Origin: Octopus vulgaris
Lineage: Eukaryota
Length of the DNA: 64,000 bases
Direction of reading: 5' to 3'
Assembly: GCA_951406725.2 (NCBI GenBank)
Contig: OX597815.1
Span: 110,546,001-110,610,000, forward strand
Part shown: positions 56,588 to 64,000 of the stretch, one piece after another
Layout: every line of letters starts with the position of its first letter
How positions within the stretch are numbered: the first letter of the stretch is position 1
Position numbers and translations under genes: made by a program
The notes under the pieces: generated by a model
Seen by the model: only the letters and a program-made list of their open reading frames with translations
Told to the model about the DNA's origin: nothing
The model's database searches: none

Positions 56588-56955
56588 TTTTTACTTGTTT
56601 CGGGAATTTGACTGCGGCCATGCTGGAGCACTACCTTAGTCGAAAAAATCTCCCCCAGGACTTATTCTTTATAAACTTAGCACTTATTCTATCGTTCTCT
56701 TTTACTGAACCACTAAGTTACGGGAACGTAAACATACCAACGTCGGTTGTCAAGTGATGGTGGGGGAAAACATAAACACACAAATACATACATATACATC
56801 CGACGGGCTTCTTTCAGTTTCCGTCTACCAAATACACTCATATGGCTTTGGTCAGCCCGAGGCTATAAGTAGAAGACACTTGCCCAAGGTTTCACGCAGT
56901 GGGACTGAACCCGGAACCACCTAGTTGGGAAGTAAGCTTCTTACCATACAGCCAC
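56588..56955 (-). mobile_element. SINE family A
   Basis: Colinear with 1421-1829; lies ~225 bp upstream of the Sp6-9 acceptor. Confidence 0.85.
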
Positions 56956-56990
56956 GTGTATGTATATGTATGCATATATATACATACATA

Positions 56991-57027
<37 letters not shown>

Positions 57028-57144
57028 TGGGTGGAGCGGTATGTATGCGCAAGTGTGAATTGTTATAGACGTTATGATATATATTACTTGCCTTAATCTG
57101 AAAGTTTTGCATAATTTTTCTTAAAACGTATTGGAATTTAGTTT

Positions 57145-57180
57145 TAATTTTCTCTTTTTCTTCTCATTTTTTCGTTGCAG
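57145..57180 (+). promoter_or_regulatory. 3' splice acceptor of the Sp6-9 exon
   Basis: ttttaattttctctttttcttctcattttttcgttgcag|GAT: long pyrimidine tract plus CAG directly upstream of the Sp box, where Sp8/9 genes typically have an intron. Confidence 0.85.
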
Positions 57181-59344
57181 GATCAATATTCGTTTGATCC
57201 GACACCCTTGGCCATGCTGGCAGCACAGTGTAACAAACTTAGCAACAAGAACTCACCGCCTTTGGTTGAACACTCCATCGCAAAGAGCTTTCATCCTTGG
57301 AAGAAGACAAATCTTAGTCATGGATTAACTTTCAGTGCAGGAAGCTACGGAAGTGGATTTGGTAGCAGTTTTAACAGCAGCCCCTTAAGTGGTAGCTGTT
57401 TTACTGGAATTGGTGAAGGAATTGGAAATGGAGGAACTGAAATAATTAGCATAGGCGATAGTAGTGTGAGTAGCAGTAGCGGCAGTAGTAGTGGTGAAGG
57501 AAGTGGTATTATTAGTGGATGTACAAGTATTAGTTCAATGAATGGAACAAGCACCCCACTCCCTTTTCAGGTTTTGAACCCCTTGGGGACATTAAATCAT
57601 CAACATGGATACAATGGTACCGGACTGCCGGCTACTGCAATGTCTACTGGGTTCAGTAGAGGTCCATCTGTTACTGGTGGAGCAAGTAATTATGGGAATG
57701 GGGAAATATTTTGTCGCAGTACAACACCAACTTCATCTTCAAATCTTGCACATGCACAAACTGACTGTGGTGGTAACGGTGCTATTATTGGTGATACAGC
57801 TACTTGCCTTGGTACAGGAGGTTTACAAAAATTACACACTACCGCCGCTATTATGGACGTATGTACAGGTGTTACATCACCTACGAACAGTACTAGTAAC
57901 ATATATACACATCACCCACGTGTCGGGGCATCGGTTGCACCTAGTCCTTATGATTCACCGACAACGTGGCATTTCAATATGACAGGCGGTGGCCATCATC
58001 ACACACATCATATCAAGGCTGAGATTCCTTCTAGTGTTAACCCTGTGGTATCGCCACCCTGGTGGGAACTTCACTCTGTTGCAGCCAATAGCTGGCTATC
58101 AGAAGTGTCGAACGTTGCAGCCGCTAACAGTAACCAACTCCACTCTCAGTTATCAGCTGGTTATATGGGAGGCGCTGGTGCAAATAATATTAATAGTGTT
58201 GCTAACTGTGGTGGTGGAGGTGTCGGGGTTGGTGTAGGTGTCGGAGGTGGAGGCTTTGGTGTGGAGAATTTTACTTTGGGTCACCATCCTCTGACCGCAT
58301 CAAACCCGAGTCCTTTCTTTGCTGCATCTCCTACAGGACAGCATCATTTTCATTTACCTGAACATTCTTGCAAGACAATGCTACCGACACATGCGCAAAA
58401 TACAGAGCTTAGTCACTTGAATGTTAATCAGCAGGTTGCAGTCAATACATTTTTTAATAGGCCGCCTAGCTTCGGAGCGCCAGGATCTTCTTTGAGTAGC
58501 CAGAGAACTGGTTCAACGACTGCATCTACTGGATCTCAACGCCGATACGCTAGTCGATCCACTTGTGAGTGTCCGAACTGTCAAGAAGCTGAACGTCTTG
58601 GACCGGCAGCTGCTCAGCTACGTAAAAAGAACATACACAGTTGCCACGTTCCCGGATGTGGTAAGGTTTATAACAAAACGTCACATTTAAAGGCTCATTT
58701 GCGTTGGCACACGGGTGAGCGACCTTTTGTATGTAACTGGCTGTTCTGTGGCAAGCGGTTTACGCGCTCTGACGAACTTCAACGACATCTGCGTACGCAC
58801 ACAGGTGAGAAGCGATTTGCGTGTACAGTTTGCAACAAACGGTTCATGCGAAGCGACCATTTAAGTAAACACCTCAAGACCCACAACTGTCCAAGTGGTA
58901 GTAACGGTTCCACGGGAAATAGCGGCAGTGTTGGGTCTGGTACCGGTACTGGTGCTAGCGCTGTTGGTGGTGCTGGTAGTGGAACGAATGGTGCAAATTC
59001 CGGAAACGGATTATCGAGCGGTGGCACGGGAAGCGGAAGAGGAAGAGGGGGAGTGAATGGGAGAACGACTGCAGGTGGAGGTACAGGTGTAATAAATACT
59101 GTCAGCAATGGTACAAGAAATGGTAAAAGAACTATAGCTGGCAGCAGCTGCAGCGATTCGGAAAATAGTCAAGAGGATGCAACAAGCTTAAGTTCACCGC
59201 CATCAACACCGGTCACACCAGTAACACTTACACCGGTTCCTATTTTACATCATCAGCACCATCAGACACATCAGCAAACACAACAGCAGCAGCAACAACA
59301 ATCGCAGCAGCTTCGACAACAGCGACACCCACTCCATCATACCC

Positions 59345-59378
<34 letters not shown>

Positions 59379-59505
59379 GCAGCAGCAGCAGCACCAGCCA
59401 CAGCAACAACATTTACACCACCATCATACTCAGCAAACAGTTCAAAGACATATTCTACCACATCATTTAGTTATTGGTAAAAAAGAACCACAAGTGATTT
59501 CTTAA
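57181..59505 (+). CDS. Sp8/9: Sp6-9 (Sp8/Sp9-like) C2H2 zinc-finger transcription factor, main/terminal coding exon
   Basis: Sp box [12 protein letters not shown]; FHPWK and PWW motifs; buttonhead box [16 protein letters not shown] (~58555-58602); three KLF/Sp fingers ([73 protein letters not shown], ~58636-58884); Gly/Ser-rich and polyQ/His regions; stop TAA 59503-59505. Preceded by a polypyrimidine tract and ttgcag acceptor ending 57180 (phase 0). First in-exon ATG at 57214. Confidence 0.96.
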
Positions 59506-59919
59506 TTTTAGTTTTGAAAAAGTGAATTCTATTTATTTCTGTATTTCATAGTTTATTTTTCCTGTAAATGAAAAATGTGGTGATGAAAAAAAGAAAAACA
59601 AAAAAAAAACTTTAAAAAAAAGACAAAGAAATATTATAATGGCCTTTCCAAAATCAGATTTTATTGTGTAATGACATTGATAATATATACATATATACAT
59701 AGTATATGCAATTGTTGTTTCTATTTCTTTTCTTTTCACACAGATATACAAACATACATATATATATACACATGTACACACACACACATACACAACACAC
59801 ACACACACAAACATATATAAATATATTTATATATATATATGCAGATGCAACTATACTATACTATACTATATTATACTATACTATACTATACTATACTATA
59901 CTATACTATACTATATATA

Positions 59920-59960
<41 letters not shown>

Positions 59961-60175
59961 GGAGAGGGGACTGAAAAGTTCTTGGTTTTAAGGGTATCGC
60001 GAAAAGCCTGTTTGGAGGCCCAACCTTCCGAGTTCTTTTACAAGATGAGAAAAACTGAAGGACCGCTGGAATAAGAGTGTGAATCTGAGTGGGTAACATG
60101 TTGAAAAAATTCATAATTAACTAATCCTCCTGCATTTTCTTTCACCCAAATCCAGGAACTTTCCAGCACCCCTCG
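59961..60175 (+). mobile_element. Mariner (Tc1/mariner) internal-deletion derivative/MITE
   Basis: Imperfect TIRs ggagaggggactgaaaagttcttgg / ccaggaactttccagcacccctcg after TA; internal KLKDRWNKSVNLSG*HVEK resembles the mariner transposase C-terminus. Confidence 0.75.
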
Positions 60176-60180
60176 TTTAA

Positions 60181-60212
<32 letters not shown>

Positions 60213-61084
60213 AAGGAAGCTTAGTTGCATCTGCATTGGTAAGTATTTTTGTGCATGTGTTTATGTGAATGCTGTGTATATAATCAAATTGGCTCCTTGT
60301 TTCTCCTGGATTGCTCAAGTGATATACAGACACTTCTGTTTATCAGCCGAGACTGTTCAGCATTTTTTTTTTTCAATCTGCAGAGAATACAGTAAAATTT
60401 GCCACGTTTGTATGTTTGTAAATGTGTGTAGGGTAAACCTATGTAGGTTTACACTTACACACACAGACACGGACACACACACGCACACAAACACACGCGC
60501 GTAAACACCCACAGACAAACACACAAGCACGCGCAGTTTACCTAGGTTTATCCAGAATAGCAACATGATACTGGATCAACCGAAATAAACTTTCACACTC
60601 TACTTTGGTTTTCTGTACGTTTTCTCAAAATTGTTAAACTGCATCGTATATGTATGTGTGTGTATGTATAAACATAGATACATACATAGATACATATATA
60701 TATATATATATATTTATAACTCAATCACTTGTTTTGAATATATATGTGTGTGTATGTGTGTGCGTGTGTGTGTGTGTGCGTGTGTGTGTGTGTGTTCATT
60801 CGCTGAAAGTATTCAGGTTGGAACAATAATTTCTTATGATTCAGATGTACCTCGACGACAGCGATATTGATGATCATTATGATTACAATGATGACTGCAA
60901 AGAATAAAACAGTTGATATGATGCTGGCCACATTTTTAAAATAAAATAATACAAATCACAGTTCCCTTCGACTTTACTCTTGAAGTCCTTTACTCACTTT
61001 TTGTTTTGTTTAATGTGTTTCATAACACCCATCGGCTTCCTCGTCTTCACTTCGCTCAGTAAATTTGCTTCTCTCTCTATTTCT

Positions 61085-61169
61085 CTTCTTCTTCTTCTTC
61101 TTCTTCTTCTTCTTCTTCTTCTTCTTCTTCTTCTTCTTCTTCTTCTTCTTCTTCTTCTTCTTCTTCTTC

Positions 61170-61217
<48 letters not shown>
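61085..61217. repeat. (CTT)n(CAT)n microsatellite
   Basis: Direct inspection. Confidence 0.95.
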
Positions 61218-61308
61218 GTTGTTGTCGTCGTCTGTTGTTACTATTATCATCGTCATTGTTATACTTAAATTGTTTTTTTCCTTATATTCCCTCTCTCCCT
61301 CAATTTCA

Positions 61309-61346
<38 letters not shown>

Positions 61347-61437
61347 CTTTCACTCTCGTTCTCTCTGTCTCTCTCAGACCTGGATATTAATAAAAAATCA
61401 AGCGACTGTTATCATTTCATATTAATGATACAGAAAA

Positions 61438-61601
61438 GGCGGCGTGGTGGTAGAATCGTTAGCTCACCAGACAAAATGCTTAGCGGTATTTCGTTCATAT
61501 TTCGCCGAGGTCAACTTCAATTTTGATCCTTTCATCAAATATGTACAAGATGAGTACTAGAGTCGATGTAATCGACTGGTTCCTTCCCCTAAAATTTGAA
61601 G

Positions 61602-61602
<1 letters not shown>
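61438..61602 (+). mobile_element. SINE family B (deleted) ending in (TAA)n
   Basis: ggcggcgtggtggtagaatcgttagc..aaatgcttagcggtatttcg..cgccgaggtcaac..gtcgatgtaatcgact. Confidence 0.7.

Positions 61603-61667
<65 letters not shown>
61603..61667. repeat. (TAA)n microsatellite at the 5' junction of the R4/Dong-type element
   Basis: Direct inspection. Confidence 0.95.
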
Positions 61668-64000
61668 TCAATATTAAATGAAATAATATGTGGAAATGAT
61701 GTAAGATCCAGAACAGGAAGAAAGATGAAGAGAAAATTTGGATCCTCACCAAGAGAAGAACTGATATCAATAAAAGAAACGCTGAAACAAAAAGTCCAAG
61801 CAAAAGCCCAAAGAATACGAAGATTTGAGAAGAGAAACAAGTTTTACAAGCAAAATAAGCTGTTCACATCCAATGCCAAAAAATTCTACAGAGAAATAGG
61901 GAAGGAGAAAGTAACCGTTAAAGAAGAGGTTCAAAACTTTTGGAAAAGGATTTGGAGTGACAAGAAGACGTACAACATAAATGCAGACTGAATTATACAA
62001 ACTGAAGGATCCTACCAAAATTTACAACAACAAGCATGGGAAGACATCACAATAGCAGACCTAAGAAAGGCACTCACGAAGGCCCATAATTGGAAATCCC
62101 CCGGTAAAGATAGGGTGCCGAATTTCTGGCTCGCATCGCTCCCATGCGCACACGGTAAGCTAGTTCAGCTGCTCAATGGAATTATGAGAGACCCAAAGAA
62201 AACGCCTGAATGGTTAGCAAGTGGTATTACTTACCTACTCCCAAAGAATAACGAAACCAACCTTCCAAAAAACTATCGGCCTATAACCTGTCTATCCACC
62301 ACGTATAAAATCCTAACATCTATCCTGGCGGAGAAAACATATACATTCATGGAGAAGAACGATATTTTCCCCATTGAACAAAAAGGGTGCCGCCGAGGCT
62401 CATACGGATGCAAAGATCAACTGCTAATTAATCGTATGATCCTTGAGAACTGTCACAACAAGCGCAGAAATCTCAGCTCCGCATGGATTGACTATAAAAA
62501 GGCCTTCGACAGTATACCGCATCCATGGATCTTGAGATCGCTGGACATCTTCAAAATTTCCCCTGTGATTTCAAACTTCCTGAAGCACAATATGTCGTTG
62601 TGGAATACGAATCTCCAATTATACCACTCTAATGGAGTACTTGCCTCAGAAAATATAAACATCAACTGTGGAATTTTTCAAGGTGACTCACTTTCACCTT
62701 TAATATTCTGCATAGCCCTAATACCCCTTACAAGTGAATTAAAGAGAACAGGGTATGGGTATAAAATTGCCAATAAAAAAATAAGCCATCTATTTTATAT
62801 GGATGACTTAAAACTCTATGGTAAAGACGATAATGAACCTGAAGGCCTATTGCGCACTGTGAAAGCATTCAGCGATGACATCGGGATGGAGTTTGGACTT
62901 GAGAAGTGTGCCAAGGCCACTTTCCAGAAAGGGAAAGTGAAGACCACAAATTCAGTCGTGTTAGATGTTGACACAGTCATAAGAGAGCTTGAGCAAGAAC
63001 AAACATACAAATATTTAGGGATAAATGAAGGCTCTGGTATTCAGCATGCAAGCATGAGAAGATCAGGAAGGAATGTTATAGGAGAGTTCGTGCAGTCTTG
63101 AATTCTGAACTAAATGCACGTAACAAGGTGTTAGCTATAAATTCCTTAGCAGTTCCAGTTGTTACTTATAACTACAATGTGTTGAACTGGAATATGAGTG
63201 AAGTAAAGAATATAGATAGGAAAATACGCAAGCTGCTGAGTTGTAATAGGATGCACCACCCAAAGGCAGACGTAGATCGCCTTTACCTTCCCAGAGCCCA
63301 AGGAGGTCGAGGCCTGATCCAATTTGAACTAGCTTACAAAACAACCACAATTGGACTGGCCAAATATCTTGAAATAACGAATGACTGGATGCTAATGCTC
63401 GTGGAAAATCACGAGAGACGAAAGAAGCTTCATTCTATCATAAAGGAAAGCAAAAAATTTGCTATTGGTCTCGTGCAGGATACCCAAACTGAACAACTCG
63501 AGGGAAGTATGGCAACTATTGTTGCAAAGAAGGTGAAAATAATGGCAACGAAAAAAGCGCACGAGCAATTGGCTGATAGGTGGGAGGAGAAACCTCTGCA
63601 CGGCAAATATGTGGCCCGCAGCAAACAAGCTGATGTTGACCAGAAGCAAACCCATCAGTGGCTACGGAGCTCAGGGCTAAAAGCAGAGAGCGAAGGTTTC
63701 ATCCTGGCTGCTCAAGATCAAAGCCTATTAACCCGGAACTGCCAGGCCAATATGATGGAAAATGGAGCAGACCCAAAATGCCGATTCTGCAACGACATGA
63801 TTGAAACAGTGGACCACCTAATCTCTGGATGTAAAGTCTTAGCACCAGTGGAGTATAAATTAAGACATGACAGAGTTGGCCAATATCTCCACTGGCTAAT
63901 AAGTCGGCATTACAATATCAAAACTGCCGACAAGTGGTATAATCACCACCCTGAGGCTGTAACTGAAGGAGAAAATGTAACGATTCTGTGGGACTTTCCA
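61668..64000 (+). mobile_element. 5'-truncated, disabled non-LTR retrotransposon of the R4/Dong (RLE) type; runs off the window
   Basis: RT motifs KSPGKD, NYRPITCL, QKGC, WIDYKKAFDS, GIFQGDSLSP, LFYMDDLKL, YKYLGI; after a frameshift near 63055: RLYLPRAQGGRGL, LHGKY, AAQDQ, CCHC knuckle CRFC..DHLISGC, RHDRV. In-frame TGA at 61989-61991. Begins immediately after (TAA)n. Confidence 0.9.

Noticed and set aside
57175-57180. ORF-track start MQ of the 776-aa ORF
   Set aside because: TTG CAG is the intron acceptor, not a start codon.
57345-59461. Antisense and alternate-frame ORFs inside Sp6-9
   Set aside because: By-products of the low-complexity codon usage of the real CDS.

Overview
Eukaryotic, AT-rich, microsatellite-saturated genomic DNA, most likely from an octopus/coleoid cephalopod (inferred from the SINE families and repeat landscape, not proven). 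One host gene is present: the large coding exon of an Sp6-9 (Sp8/Sp9-type) zinc-finger transcription factor at 57181-59505 (+), preceded by a canonical splice acceptor. Its upstream exon(s) cannot be fixed from sequence alone. The rest is repeats: three tRNA-derived SINE families (one as a TSD-flanked dimer), two non-autonomous Helitrons, a mariner deletion derivative, a CR1-like fragment, a decayed Penelope-like (PLE) GIY-YIG remnant, and a 5'-truncated R4/Dong-type RT element that starts right after a (TAA)n tract. Notable observations: (1) four fragments of RLE-endonuclease retrotransposons, all embedded in (TACA)n repeats, suggesting tetranucleotide-microsatellite targeting; (2) about ten minimal type-I hammerhead ribozyme motifs from several small families, mostly beside (TA)n tracts, including a well-formed one at 51300-51390; (3) a ~665-bp spacerless palindrome at the window start; (4) a ~175-bp hairpin; (5) a 24-bp palindromic minisatellite. 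Almost all ORFs in the supplied track are microsatellite artefacts. All alignments and folds were done by eye.
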